64,000 nucleotides of DNA, from the NCBI GenBank assembly GCA_002633005.1, contig NMRA01000186.1, positions 128,935 through 192,934 on the forward strand, read 5' to 3'. Positions 36,301-49,850 of the stretch are shown here, piece after piece (the first letter of the stretch is position 1; every line of letters starts with the position of its first letter). The DNA is from Phoronis australis (lineage: Eukaryota; Animalia; Phoronida). The translations under genes were made by a program, and so were the position numbers. The notes beneath the pieces were generated by a model. It ran no database searches. It was not told where the DNA came from and was given only the letters and a program-made list of their open reading frames with translations.

Positions 36301-37716
36301 CATGGGCGGCGCTGGGGTACCACTTTTTTCAGTGGTGCGCCGCCCATGTATATAGTGCATGGCAACCGTTTTCTCAAAGGAGTCAGACTCTTGAAAACTT
36401 CCTTTACGAAGAACCTATTGTTCCACGATGGAGCTGTCGTGTTTTTAGCTCAGGTGCTTGGTGCAGTGGGCCCAACCATGAGGCCTGCACACGTCTGATG
36501 TACCGCAAATGACATCAGATCACCTGCACCCGTTTTACACTGTGTCCATGAAAAGAATTCTGCGTTGACAATCTCACCGGTCAAGAACGGATAACTCCGA
36601 CCAGTTTGCGTACCTCGAAATCTGCCGGCATTGATCAAAGTCACCATACTGTTGTAGTTTTAACAATGTAATTAAAATTACATTGCCTCTGGCTGCTCTC
36701 TAGTCAGAATTATTATAAGCACACTGGCTGCTACGACGGACAATGGTATTTTTAAAATTTCGTTTTGAATGTTTTTGAATAGCGTATTTGAATAGTTCAT
36801 GAAAAGTACACGTGATAGGTCCTTTGAAAATCGAAGAAATGTGACTTTTACAATCTAAAACGTTTGTATATTGCAATTATGTGTTCTGTTGTTATTCAAT
36901 TAGTTCTAGGCTTGAAATGAATCTCAATTCCGACTTACTTTGAAGTAGCAAATGTAAAATATAAGGGCGGACTGACCCTTGACTCCAGATGGTGACAAGT
37001 GCGGATTTTTATTTTTTTGCCTAAGAATTTCGTTGTGGTTACCCAGATGCATGACTTCGTTATTACGCGTTTTAACACCTTATAATAACCGTTGAAGTAA
37101 CGTGCAACTTGGCTGTTGATGTGGTCGAAATGCAACTTAGACAAAAACAGCGCAGCATTTTGTAAATATATCACTTTATTTAAAATAAAAGAATGAGAAC
37201 ACAACTAATTTGTGTGCTGAATTCACAGATAATTTAACGGTTTGTCTGTCATTGGCTGGTATACTACCGCACACAACAGTATCACAGTGTTTATTTCTCA
37301 ATGATTTTTACCTCCATGATCTCAGCACCATCTCGGAAACTGGAGAAAATCTAATTGAAACCGAATAAGCGTTGTAGACCGAAGTTACATTTCGCCCAAT
37401 TGAGGGCTAATTATAAATTACGAAACTCGAATTACTAGTCCTTTTACTCTCATGAAATCGGTCTCAGAATTTTCTCACCCCCAAAGGATTCTATTTCCGT
37501 TACCAAGAAAAACATCGAAACCGTCACCGACCCCCAAAATCGGTCCAGGGTCGAAAGGGTTTGGCCAACCCTGAAATTTGCTAATTCAGCTAATGACGTA
37601 TATTCACAATTAATGCCTGTGACTTGAGTTGGTAACGGAAATGGCATCTTACCGATCAGGAATTATGAGAGAGAACGATTTTGTGAGCAGTTGAACAGGA
37701 CGAAATGCAGCTTTAA

Positions 37717-38056
37717 AGAGACATTATCAGTTACTGCCGAAAAACGCATTTCTTCGAGGTATTATTGATGTTGGATGGGTTAGACCTCATGAACTTATTA
37801 GTTATCACCAGTGCTATGGTAGGGACAAAATCTGTTGTGATTTTATGAGTTTATTACAAATCACCAATTCCATTGTCTGCCTGACATTCGCTGAAATCGA
37901 GGCCGGTGACTTCACCAATTCAGAAAAATATGCTACTCTACCACGTGCCATTTAGCTCCGCCAGCAGAGCGTCTGATAGCGACCGCGAAGTTTAACGTTC
38001 AACTTTGCCCCTGAGGCTGATCTCAGAGAAATTTATTTTTTGCCGATAATGTCCCT
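37717..38056. mobile_element. Kolobok-like MITE
   Basis: TTAA|AGAGACATTATCAG...CCGATAATGTCCCT|TTAA. Confidence 0.8.
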
Positions 38057-38261
38057 TTAAACAGTATGGGCTTGGACATTCTGAGAACGAAGCTTCAGCA
38101 GTAGTGGAAGGGTCTCTCCGAACAGATTTAAAGTTGCCGTTCCTTCTGAGCACACGTCCAGGAAAGCAATTACGTCGGTAGGCCTTATAGTCGGCTTCAA
38201 GTTCCTTGATCAATCGCAAAATACGTATTCTGTGAACTTAATCTCACTTCCGCTCTGGATG

Positions 38262-38569
38262 CCATTGACCTTTTTACGAAAATAGCGGAAATGGATGCGC
38301 ATGCAACCTAGTTCTAGAGCACAGATTCGTGGGATACAAGTGCCCCTCAGTAATCCAGATTCCAGAAAGTGTAAGGCAGGTAATCGGCTGGTCGTTGATA
38401 TTGAATAGATGTTATCAGTTTACTCGAACCTATGATAAACTGAGCACTTGACTGCTTAAAATACTAGTTCTAAAATGAAGTGATTTGAAGTCTGCTGGAT
38501 GTGGGGTGGTCGGGAGTGACCACTACACCACAATCCTCATGTTTCTCGCTCTCCGTAAAAAGTCAATGG
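38262..38569. mobile_element. MITE
   Basis: TIR CCATTGACCTTTTTACG / CGTAAAAAGTCAATGG. Confidence 0.6.
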
Positions 38570-39457
38570 ACTAGTCAAAAACAACGAATGCAGTAAATCG
38601 TATTTCAGTCGAACATCGACGACGTCAAATAAACTACCTGATTTATAATATAGCTCAAAAATTACAGTTATTATAGTTTCTTAGCAACTCAATTCTACCA
38701 ATGAAGCGTTTTAGTATGCTAGTTGCCTGTGCTTCCGCTTGCACCTTGACCTATCTAGTATAGGCGGAGAATTCAGTGTTTGAAATCGATATCACCATTT
38801 GGACAGATTCAACAAGGTCTGTTCTAGTTTTTACCGAAGCACTTTGGCTCTAACGTGTGCGTAGAGAAAGAAACACGCAACCAATGTGCAAAAACATTGT
38901 TTAGGTGATATATAGTTCTGCATGTACGCCAAAATCAATAAAAACTTGTTACTTGAATACATGTAACCTGGCCAAGATTAATGACGGCTGTACCACTAGT
39001 CTGAGGTAGCTTACGTGGATCAACTGGCCATGTCATATTACGTGTATCAGCGACACAATCTCACACCCGATCAAAACGATTTTTGAGGGTCCACTAAGCT
39101 TATGTGATGGACCACCTATTTTGTGGGGAAACAAAATGCTTTTCTAGTGAACACATTTTTTCTCACCAGTTGCATTAAATTTCTGAAGCACCACTAACCA
39201 GTCCTCTTCTTACGAACAGTGTCATTTCTTAGTAACGAACAACTGCTCGCACTGTTTGTAAGAAATTCAGCTACAGTGCATGAGAAAGGGAATGCCTTTG
39301 TAAGAAAAGAATTGAGTTGTCCAACTTAAAGAAAATACGTGTTGCATTTGTGACGAAAAGAGTGTTTTAGTTGAGAGCGCGAGAAACCCTTGAAGGAGCG
39401 GCAGAAAGACTGGGTACCCTGGACAGGTCAAAACACATTGTCAATCATTTCTAATAA

Positions 39458-40504
39458 CTATGAATCTGCTGTGTTTAAATTGAACACATAATTATCTTCC
39501 CCAGCTTCCTCGATGTCACTGTGGTCTACAATGATGGAATGTATCGGAGACTTGGATCTCTCCATTGTCAACAGAGCGGGACTGCTGGCGGAGTTATGCA
39601 TACCGCGACCACTGTTGGGCTTCCTTGGTGAAAGACGTTCTCTACTCTGAGCAGATTCAAGCCTGGAAGAGGCGCCAGACCCGGGACGGCTTCCATTGGA
39701 CGGTCTTTTGTTTTTGGATCTACTATCGGAAGTCACCGATACAGAATCGCTGTCATTGCTCAATGACGAACCCGCACGAGCTGAGTGTACGTAAACTTCA
39801 CACTCGAACGTGTTTTGTCGACTTTCTCGAGGAGATACTTCGTTTTCTTCAGTTACTTCTATTTTAGGAACACGCATGCCATTCGTAATAGGATTCAAGC
39901 TAGGAAGCTCTAAATTTCTATCAGACACTCCCTTTTTTAATCCATATGTTCTTGATGGGGCAGCTGATTCCGGTTTGGAATTGTTACGTTTGGTTGGTGC
40001 CGAAGGTGGTCTTGAGCTTGAAGGCTTATGTAGTCCTAAAACGTTTTCTAGAGGTGGTTTTTCGCCTCTTTTCAGAGCTTTTCTTGCTTCCTTTACAACC
40101 TGCTTCCTCTCTTTGGCCTCTCGACGAACGTTAAGCCGTTCCATTTTGATAGCTTGTGCCAAAGGTTTTGCCTTTTTAGGAGGTTTTATTTTGCCATTTG
40201 AGTTAGCAGACGAACCATTACTGAGATGCTTCAGGGAAAGAGCACCACCTTTCCCGCGTTTGACGCCATTTTGATCGTCGTTTAGTTTAGGGCCCATGCC
40301 TATAGTCCTCTCTGACTGTCGTTTGATGTATTTTCTGGCAGGTCGCCATCGACACCTTCTAATTATTATACATGTGCACAATAAAATAATGAGCACTGCC
40401 AACGTTCCAAATATGTAGCCTGTTATGGCACCTGCTGACGTAAGAACGGGGTCCCAGGCTGGCCCAGATGTGGGCGTTTCAGTTGGACCAGCGACAATCG
40501 ACAT
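39458..40504 (-). CDS. Uncharacterised single-pass membrane protein (348 aa)
   Basis: Long uninterrupted ORF; TM segment AITGYIFGTLAVLIILLCTCIII followed by basic RRCRWR, then a Lys/Arg- and Ser-rich tail. Confidence 0.8.
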   Translation of the reverse strand: MSIVAGPTETPTSGPAWDPVLTSAGAITGYIFGTLAVLIILLCTCIIIRRCRWRPARKYIKRQSERTIGMGPKLNDDQNGVKRGKGGALSLKHLSNGSSANSNGKIKPPKKAKPLAQAIKMERLNVRREAKERKQVVKEARKALKRGEKPPLENVLGLHKPSSSRPPSAPTKRNNSKPESAAPSRTYGLKKGVSDRNLELPSLNPITNGMRVPKIEVTEENEVSPRESRQNTFECEVYVHSARAGSSLSNDSDSVSVTSDSRSKNKRPSNGSRPGSGASSRLESAQSRERLSPRKPNSGRGMHNSASSPALLTMERSKSPIHSIIVDHSDIEEAGEDNYVFNLNTADS

Positions 40505-41672
40505 GGTCCTACATCTGTCTGTTCAGTATTTTGTTGGTCATGTTCTAAAATGTGATTGGAATAATTTGTTAGACATCTACTTATGAACCTGCGCTTCTAT
40601 TTCAGACATACTCCAAGCGCCACTACTTCAAACACGTAATCATTCAACTTGCCGATGGTGAAATTTTAATATTCTGTCAGTGTGGCTTGATGGACATTCA
40701 CTGCAACATTACTTGTGACAACTAGCGCAATATATGCTTAAAACAGGGTCAATGAATATCCAGACTTACTTCACATCAGTGTAGCGATATTAGTCCATGC
40801 TGCTGCCAGGATGGTGTTCATCTTTAATAAACGAACATTATACAGAAGATAATCACCACCAACCTGTACGACTTCCAAAATTCCCCTGCCGAACCACTTA
40901 TAGAATCTGGATTACCTCGCAATGCGACATGCTTGACTCTTTGTAGTACACGTCGATACCAGGACTGACAGTGCACAGAATCGATTGCACCGATAAATAA
41001 TTCACAACGCTAAACCTATAAGTGCTATATAGCTAAAGAAACAATGCCTAGTGAATTTCTGACCTTTGAATACTGAATATCGATAATGTGAAATGAACTT
41101 TTGCTCAATAGCATTCACATATACTTCAGGAAAATCGCTATTTAGTAAATAGGATTGAGCGGCAATTGCAAGCATTATGATCAGTTATTGTCAATTGATT
41201 TTATATTAAGAATTGCTTTATGATAATTACACTGACTTCCAACATGTCTTAATTATTTGATATTTTCAGAAATAACAAGTCACCACATGGGGTTTGTTTT
41301 CGCTTAACTCATTGTTACTACCGGCCTACATGCCGTTAACCAAAAACAACATAAACACTTTTTAAATATTCATAACAAAACAATAGTACATGTATCGATG
41401 ACATAGCCAAATTTCACTTGACATAAATGTTCAAGATCAAATCTCGAAAAAAACTTGCATTTTTCTGCAGTATCATTCCGTCTTAATCTTACGCAACTTT
41501 TGAATTTAAATGTCTTATTTTTACAACCCCTGATGCATAAGTGGAACAATTAAAAACAATCCCTAGCAGCGTTTTGCGAAAAACTGCATAATGCATAATA
41601 AGTGAAAGTTTCATTTGGTTATTCCTGAAATATGACGTTCCGCAATTAGAGAAATTTGGACATTTTTCTAAG

Positions 41673-42769
41673 GTCCTTCATAATTAAATGGAGCATCGTT
41701 TTCACTGCAGAAAAGACATTTTGGGTTACATGTAGTGGTGGTTGGGGTAGACTTTCCTATGTGAGACGCTCCTGGTGTAACATAGAGCAGTCGGACAAAC
41801 TTTTTATAATCGACTGCGAATTACTTACTTTTTCATTTGCAAAGGTACGCAGCTTGACTCGCTGTGTCAGAGAGCAACGCAAAAGTTAGCTACAGTAACA
41901 GTGCTATGAACGATGCAAACGAGAATATTGGCGAAAGAAAAATTTTCAAGATTTAACTCAAGCTGATTAATTTGTGTTTTCCATACAAAATTCAGAACAT
42001 TCAATATAATAAACTATAACAAATACGAACACTGGCAATATCTACTAGGCACTAGGCTTCTCTGAGACAGTTACATAAACGAAATTAACGTAACAAATAC
42101 AATTTTTGATTGCCATTCGGCAACACATACTAAATTGTGACGCCACACTCACGTTTGTTGTCGCTAATGAGGATATAAAAATAAGACTTTTCGAGCACTN
42201 AGTTATTGCAGATTTACCGAATAGCCCCATTAAAGAAATTTGTCCTTCATAATTAAATGGAGCATCGTTTTCACTGCAGAAAAGACATTTTGGGATTACA
42301 TGTAGTGGTGGTTGGGGTAGACTTTCCTATGTGAGACGCACCTGGTGTAACATAGAGCAGTCGGACAAACTTTTTATAATCGACTGCGAATTACTTACTT
42401 TTTCATTTGCAAAGGTACGCAGCCTGACTCGCTGTGTCAGAGAGCAATGCAAAAGTTAGCTACAGTAACAGTGCTATGAACGATGCAAACGAGAATTTTG
42501 GCGAAAGAAAAATTTTCAAGATTTAACTCAAGCTGATTAATTTGTGTTTTCCATACAAAATTCAGAACATTCAATATAATAAACTATAACAAATACGAAC
42601 ACTGGCAATATCTACTAGGCACTAGGCTTCTCTGAGACAGTTACATAAACGAAATTAACGTAACAAATACAATTTTTGATTGCCATTCGGCAACACATAC
42701 TAAATTGTGACGCCACACTCACGTTTGTTGTCGCTAATGAGGATATAAAAATAAGACTTTTCGAGCACT
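41673..42769. repeat. Near-identical direct duplication of about 527 bp around N42200
   Basis: 41673-42198 matches 42242-42769 with a few substitutions. Confidence 0.9.
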
Positions 42770-43676
42770 GGCGCGACTACCACCTGCCCTCTTCCCATGT
42801 GACACGGGTTGTAGCTAAGACTTGAGTAATAAAACAAACCTAGCGTCGTTTTTGCCAGTCTCAGGAAGATTTTTTTTAAAAGTGAGCAACTTAGAAACAC
42901 CGACTCAAAAAATCCACTAACCAGAACTGTGATTTTTATTTTGCTCTTAAAGAGCTAAAAATCACCATTTACCTAGTTTTGACTAGCGCCTACATTGTCA
43001 GCATCACTAAACCTTTCTTTATATCACAATCTTAAATTCAATATCCCAAGAACGAGAAAGTAGAATAAAAGCGACTTCAATTGAACGTTTGTTCGCTCCA
43101 TGGGCATAAGTGTGACGTATGAACGTACCCAGCGTCAGCGTGTCATGCCCAACACCACCTGAGTTTTTTGTACAAACTTTTGCCATATTTACGCTTCTCC
43201 GATGTCGCGCGGGAAAGTGAAAAGATTGACAACATGGTCAAATGCTGAGTTGTCGCAACCACCACAAACACAATACCTCGCCATTCCTTACTATACCATA
43301 AACCAGGGGGAAACTAGTAGCAATATGTTACGACTTTTCGCACTTAACACAATGCATATAGTTGACTAGTGCTCTGATTGTTGTCCCAGTTTTGCGCAGT
43401 ATGTTTCGCCCCAATAAATTCTCGTAGCTCGAAATCAGCTAATTAGGATACCGTCAAATATTGTTTGCGGTGTTAAATTCGACATCTAATCGACTGGTGG
43501 GAATGTTTTTTTTTTTTTGGTGCTTTCATATAATTTTTTGGTGTTTTCATGTAAAGTTGGTGATTTTAAGCACTTCAAATATGACCACAACATTTGACTG
43601 CTTGAAAGTGCAACTTGTCTCGTAACAGTTAGGTAGTTTGAGTGTACTAAAAATTACTGCAAAAAACGTTTTGCGG

Positions 43677-45368
43677 AATATTTCGGGGCCTTTTATTTAC
43701 AATTTTTTGAATTCATGCCACCTATTTTCCAGATTCTGAAAAAAATCCAAAACTAATCGGTCTCGGTCGATACGCGGAATTATGTCTCGTGAGAACTTTT
43801 CTTTTTTAGGAAGGCGGAGAGTTACGCAAGAAAATAACGTTTATAGCATTGTTTTTCACTTACACGGCTGTAACGGGCAAGCTGAGCGTCGGTTGATTCC
43901 CAGATTTTGCTTGCATCTCGTGCGGTCTTTAGCTTTACATGTTGATAGAAGTTTCACGGCGAGGTGACGAGCAGAACTACCCTGGCTGTGTGCAATTTCG
44001 GGGTCTACGGAAGAAAAAAAAACAGTGGTACCTATCCAGCCAGTTAGCTGTATGAAGACTGTCATCAAAATACAGCTAGGTACCACTGTGTGTATTTCTT
44101 ACGTAGACCCCGAGTTTTTAAGTTTTACTCGACTACGTGTGGTTTGTCGGGTAAAATGGCGGCTGGAAACGCAGACGAAGGTGTGCCAAGAATGCTGCGT
44201 TCTGATTGGTCAATAAAGCCGTCTGTCATAATCCTGGCGTGCTCAAGACACGCCTGACCGCAGAATGGTGAATGTTGGCCAATTCCCCTTTTGTCCACTG
44301 ACGTCACAAGCATACTGGCGCCCCCCAGTGGAGGCCCTGCGAACTCGTAAACAAGCATGTTGGCGACTGTGGTTAAAGTATTTTTTATGATTTTTCCAGA
44401 GTCGCTATGTTTTAGTGTGTTTTTTAAATAATGTTGCATGTCATACTTCTCAGAAAATCAATATTGTTCCAATAAATTAAGAAAATTGGAATATTCATTC
44501 TAGCTATCCTGCAACACGATCCAACTGTTCTTCTGTGTTACACACGCCGGCAAAGCCAAAGTTTTATCCCCACGCGAAATAGCCTCGTTTACGCTCGACT
44601 AAAAAGGAATCTTTCAATCATAATTAATTGGTACTATACACCATTCATTATTATATACCATGCATTATGTTTTTAGAAAAAAGCGATACTCAACGTCCCA
44701 CAATAAATACAAGTCTGTTCGCCAGCTTGGCTCGGCTAGGCTGGATACTACCGGGTTCATGAACTCGGTTTATTTACGAGTTCTCAGGGCCTCCACTGGG
44801 GGCGNATATTTCGGGGCCTTTTTATTTACAATTTTTTGAATTCATGCCACCTATTTTCCAGATTCTGAAAAAAATCCAAAACTAATCGGTCTCGGTCGAT
44901 ACGCGGAATAATGTCTCGTGAGAACTTTTCTTTTTAGGAAGGCGGAGAGTTACGCAAGAAAATAACGTTTATAGCATTGTTTTTCACTTACACGGCTGTA
45001 ACGGGCAAGCTGAGCGTCGGTTGATTCCCAGATTTTGCTTGCATCTCGTGCGGTCTTTAGCTTTTCATGTTGATAGAAGTTTCACGGCGAGGTGACGAGC
45101 AGAACAACCCTGGCTGTGTGCAATTTCTGGGTCTATGGAAGAAATAAAAACAGTGGTACCTATCCAGCCAGTTAGCTGTATGAAGACTGTCATCAAAATA
45201 CAGCTAGGTACCACTGTGTGTATTTCTTACGTAGACCCCGAGTTTTTAAGTTTTACTCGACTACGTGTGGTTTGTCGGGTAAAATGGCTGCTTGGAAACG
45301 CATACGAAGGTGTGCCAAGAATGCTGCGTTCTGATTGGTCAATAAAGCCGTCTGTCATAATCCTGGCG
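43677..45368. repeat. Near-identical direct duplication of about 560 bp around N44805
   Basis: 43677-44239 matches 44806-45368. Confidence 0.9.
44319..44804. mobile_element. MITE truncated at the gap
   Basis: CGCCCCCCAGTGGAGGCCCTGCGAACTCGTAAA mirrored by TTTACGAGTTCTCAGGGCCTCCACTGGGGGCG. Confidence 0.7.
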
Positions 45369-45557
45369 ATAGGTCAATTGCTCGCAGCCAGGGTAGTTCT
45401 GCTCGTGAACTTTGTATCAAAATGTAAAGCCAAAGACCGGACGGGGTGCATGCAAAATCTGGGAATCAACCGATACTCATCTTGCCCGTTACAGCCGATT
45501 AAGTGAAAAACAATGCAATAAACGTCATTTTCTTGCGTAACTCTCCGCCTTTTCTAA
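44935..45557. mobile_element. Foldback element with about 180-bp TIRs; fragments also at 46010-46120 and 47700-47860
   Basis: TAGGAAGGCGGAGAGTTACGCAAGAAAAT... mirrored by ...ATTTTCTTGCGTAACTCTCCGCCTTTTCTA. Confidence 0.75.
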
Positions 45558-46419
45558 CAATGAAAAGTATGTCGTCGTTTCGAAAACAATACGCTCGTGT
45601 CACGCGCACGCGCCATTTCCTAAATTTTCGCGACAACTTCAGAGAAGCAAAATTTGTTCTGAAATTCGATTTTTCGGTATAGGAATTCTAAAAAATTATA
45701 ATGAAGTGAAACCAGTTCCAATAATTTGTTGTGACGCGTACGTAAGCTCGTGAAACAACAGCAATTGGTTGAAGAATCGGCGAAAAAAGAAACTGGCCAA
45801 TAGGTGACGCAATATTTCATGGCGCCGAAAGCCGTCGCTAAAGATCGCCCCTCAACTTTAGCACCAGAATAACGGTAGAACGCCATTTTTTCCAACACTG
45901 TTAAGTAATTTTGTTTGCTCAAGGGAGACTGTAATTTTTAATGACACTAATTTTGTGTCCGATTTTATCTTACCACTTTTTTACCCACATCGGTGCAAAG
46001 CTGTATATTTATTTACAGTGGTACTTAGCTGTAATTTGACGAGTCTTCATACAGTTAGCTGGCTGGCTGTGTGGTACTTAGCTGTATTTTAACGATAATC
46101 TTCATACAGCTAGCTGACCGGTGGCTATTTGCCAGGAAGATTTACACACAAAAAGTCATCTGGATGGCTAACAACAAGTGAGAAAGTACAGACCATCACT
46201 AACTGTACTGTGCTCTCTTTGGCTTGCACAAATGGCCGTTCAAAGAAAAGTAAAGGAGCTGAACATCAAAGCAGCATTATCCTGGAACGAAATCCACAAC
46301 ACATCCTTGCCTACATTCCCATTTAATAACGAATTCCCTATAGCGTTATTCAGCGTTAACAATGTTGGAAATCGTCTTACGGATAATAAAAGGAATCGCA
46401 ATTGTTAGTTAATGTCCAA

Positions 46420-47001
46420 TCAAGCACTGGCCTCTTCTTCTTCCTCCTGACGAACAACAGGAATTCCATCGAGTTTTTTAATCTGGGGAAGTTTCTTCAC
46501 AGCCTCTTCCCGCCAGGTGCCGTCTGCTTCGTGCTTGTCGTACAGAGGATTGCCGACAAATACAAGCTCCAATAAACACGGCATTTCAGACATCTTGTTG
46601 AACTCAGACCACTCTTTTACAATATTGTTGGCAATGTAGAGAACCTTTAATTTCTTCAAAACTAGTAGGCCTTTGAGTTTCTCAATCTGGTTGAGAGATA
46701 TCCAAAGTTCTTGCAACGTTTCGCCAACAACTTCAAGACCGTTTAAACTTTTGATGTTGTTCCTTCCAAGCGATAAAATTCTGAGATTCTTTAAGCCATT
46801 CAAGTTGGCAATCTTCTCAATGCAATTAGTTGACAAGGAAAGTTTTTCACATTTAGTCAGAGTTGATAACGAAGCGTCCATCTTTTCAATTGGAGGAAAT
46901 TGTCCATAGATTTTGATCTCCGTTGCTTCCGACGGCTTCATCTTGTTTTTCTCTTCCCATCTCACCAAAGCTTCTTTTATTGTAGTCCCTTTTCCCGACA
47001 T
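46420..47001 (-). CDS. DNAL1: Dynein axonemal light chain 1 (LRR protein), intronless
   Basis: [76 protein letters not shown]; 193 aa, intact. Confidence 0.96.
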   Translation of the reverse strand: MSGKGTTIKEALVRWEEKNKMKPSEATEIKIYGQFPPIEKMDASLSTLTKCEKLSLSTNCIEKIANLNGLKNLRILSLGRNNIKSLNGLEVVGETLQELWISLNQIEKLKGLLVLKKLKVLYIANNIVKEWSEFNKMSEMPCLLELVFVGNPLYDKHEADGTWREEAVKKLPQIKKLDGIPVVRQEEEEEASA

Positions 47002-48639
47002 ATTTGCGTGCAAAGTGTTTTGCACGTGTTTAAGAGCACGTTTCTTTTTTCTCGTGAATGCATTTTAGGATCAAAGGGTACAGCGTACCCGACTTTGGAA
47101 CATATTTTCGCTAGTCAGTCAGCTGGCTTTATCATAGTCGGAAAACAATTAACCCTTAAATAGTAAAAGGGTTGGAAGACCGCGCAATGGAAGTGTAGCA
47201 TCAAGTGTCATACACATCACATTCGAATTGCATGTCAAACATTAAAGCCGCACGCGTCTAAATTGCGATGGAGTGAACGCACTTATATAGAAATAATTCA
47301 ACGAATATAACTGCACGGAAATCAAGCCCTTCAAACGAATTTATTCACTCGAAGATTAGATTTTTTACTTTTCGCTTGTCACTCCGACATTTGCTTTTTT
47401 AACCTTCCGGTGAACTCATGGACTGGAGCCTTCATTGGGCTCATTGGCTGGTATTATGGTCACTACATGACGTCATTAGATCAAAACTAAGAGTAGAAGA
47501 TGGCAGACGATTTGATTCGATGTTTCTAGAGGAAGGTAAAAGTGTGAAATATAACCGGTAAGACCGCAATTTTGTAAACGTGTCAAGGTAATTTGATTTT
47601 GTTAGTACTAATCCACTGAACAAGAATTTTCCCACATTCTTTTGGTTTCAATCTTTTTCACGAAGTAGTGAGAAGCTCTCCGGTGCCGGAACGTATTGGC
47701 TAGCTGTATGAAGACTATCGTCAAAATACAGCTAGGTACCAATGTGTGCTGAGCTAAGTTAGACCCCGAAAATTCACACAGCCCGGGTAGTTCTGCTCGT
47801 CACCTTGTCGTGAAACTTATACAACATGTAGAGCTAACGACCGAATCGGATGCAAAATCTGCCTTAAAGTCTGCTTTCGTACTTGGCTGGAGATTTATGC
47901 TTGACCGTTAATATCTTCAGGTTATTGGCTTCCACGTTGAGACTATTAGGAAAGCGGATCAACCGAGGAAAGATTACGCCAGCTATTGCCCAATAACCAC
48001 GAGGGGGCGCCACAGCGAAGTGCCAACCACTGCTGTCATAGCTAAGAAATTATTAACTTGTATCACTCCGCCAATTGGGCATACTCTGTAACAGAAGCTG
48101 GTTTTCTATTAGAAGCTGATTTTTAATAGAAGCCCGGGAAGTTAACAACTGCCAGGTCTCCAGTCTCAACTGGGTCTCTCATGGTTTTGTGACTTTTGGC
48201 AAATGATTTTTCCTGTTTGTCGTCATAGTTGTGGCCAAATTAACAATTGTTGGCCTCTCTCCTTATACAAATGTTGTTGTAGACTTGATAATGGCACCAC
48301 TGTTGCACTTGATAATTGCATTACAATCACATGTACCTGTTCTACTCTTCATCATTGTTATGATGTAGAATAAACTTCGTTAAAGACACGACTACGCTTT
48401 TTGTTAGAGGGCTTGATACTGGTTCGTTCGTAATTTCGGAACAGTCTCCTTTCTTCAGGTGTGCAGGTATGAAATAAAATACCGAGAGGCATAACAAAAA
48501 AGTGTTCAGAAAGGACCGCAACAGAGACGGAGGTGGTATTTTAATTGTTGTACTAAATACCTTCACTTGCTCTGAAGAATCATCACTCTTCAGAGAACAC
48601 TGCGAACTCATCTGGGCAAGCGTCCTACTTTAAGGACGT

Positions 48640-49850
48640 CCAGTCGCAAACTGTTGGTATGCTCCTACTACAGACCACATGTTAGCGACGAGTCAAGTCT
48701 TCTGATATTTTCTGAATCCTGTCTTCAGGCTACTAATACTAAAAATGCTGTTATATTAATTGGAGGCGATTTAATCTTTCCTGGGTGGGACTAGAATGTC
48801 TCAGTGTTGAAGTCTGGTGCCCCAAACCCACCGCGCGTTTACACAATCTGTTCAAATTGATACCCTTGCTGACCATGGCCTCGAACAAATGGTAAATGAA
48901 TCTACACGAGGAGAAAATATCCTAGATTTTTCTATCACAAACTACCCAGGCCTTGTGCCTAGAACAGAGATTCTTGCAGGACTCTCTGATCACGACTGCG
49001 TTTTTCTCGAACTACAACTCTTCGTCCCTTCAAAGCGTCTTCCTGTTCGAGAAGTCTGTGCAACGCGCCAACTGGGATGATCTTAGATTGGCATGTAGAC
49101 AACTATCCAATGATATGGCCTCTTCCTTTGACATAAATAGTAACAATGAGACTTTGTGGCGCTGGTTCAAACAAAGATTTCAGATAGCCGTCGACCAAAA
49201 TGTCCCGAAGCTCCGTACAAAAACCAAACTTAGCTACCCTTAAGGATTGACCCGGAACTCAAAGGCCTAATCAAGAGAACTCCAGGCGAACGACTATATA
49301 AGCGCTTCAAATTAACAGGAGATCCAGCGACCCTGTGCGAATTAAAACGTTTGAAAGGAATAGTTCAAATGTCGCTAAGAAGAAAATACTGGGATTATAT
49401 GGAATCACTAATCACAGATACTAACGTAAATAATGTGAGCAAGCCCAGCAAGAAATTTTGGTCTCACATAAGATCTGTAAGATCTGATACTACTGGAATC
49501 ACAACTTTAAAAGATCGTGGGAGACTTGTTACAGAGGCCAAAGAGCAAGCAGAGCTCCTCAACTTGAGAAACAATTTCAATCTGTCTTTAGCCCCAAGAT
49601 AAACTTCACCTCCGACGAGTTCCATACACGACGCTCCCCATGAGACACTGACGTACAATATCCTAAATGCCAAATACCACATGTCTCTATACAGGGTGTT
49701 GAGAAATTAATGAGGGATCTCAATCCCTGTAAGTCTATGGGTCCTGATAACATCCACCCGCGCATTCTTAGAAGCAATACAGTGGAACTGGCCCCAGCTC
49801 AGACCCTCATTTGAATCATTGTTTAGGTTTGGCATTGTCCCAGTACCAGT
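48640..49850 (+). mobile_element. Degenerate CR1/L2-type LINE ORF2 fragment (APE endonuclease to pre-RT region)
   Basis: IGGDF, LEQMVNESTRGENILD, GLSDHDCV, KKFWSHIRS, LNPCKSMGPDNIHPRIL, interrupted by stops and frameshifts. Confidence 0.88.

Noticed and set aside
39565-40274. Plus-strand ORFs of 100-154 aa
   Set aside because: Antisense shadows of the 348-aa ORF
41673-42769. Tandem duplication of about 527 bp as a biological repeat
   Set aside because: Near-identical copies centred on an N, typical of a contig-overlap or haplotype artefact
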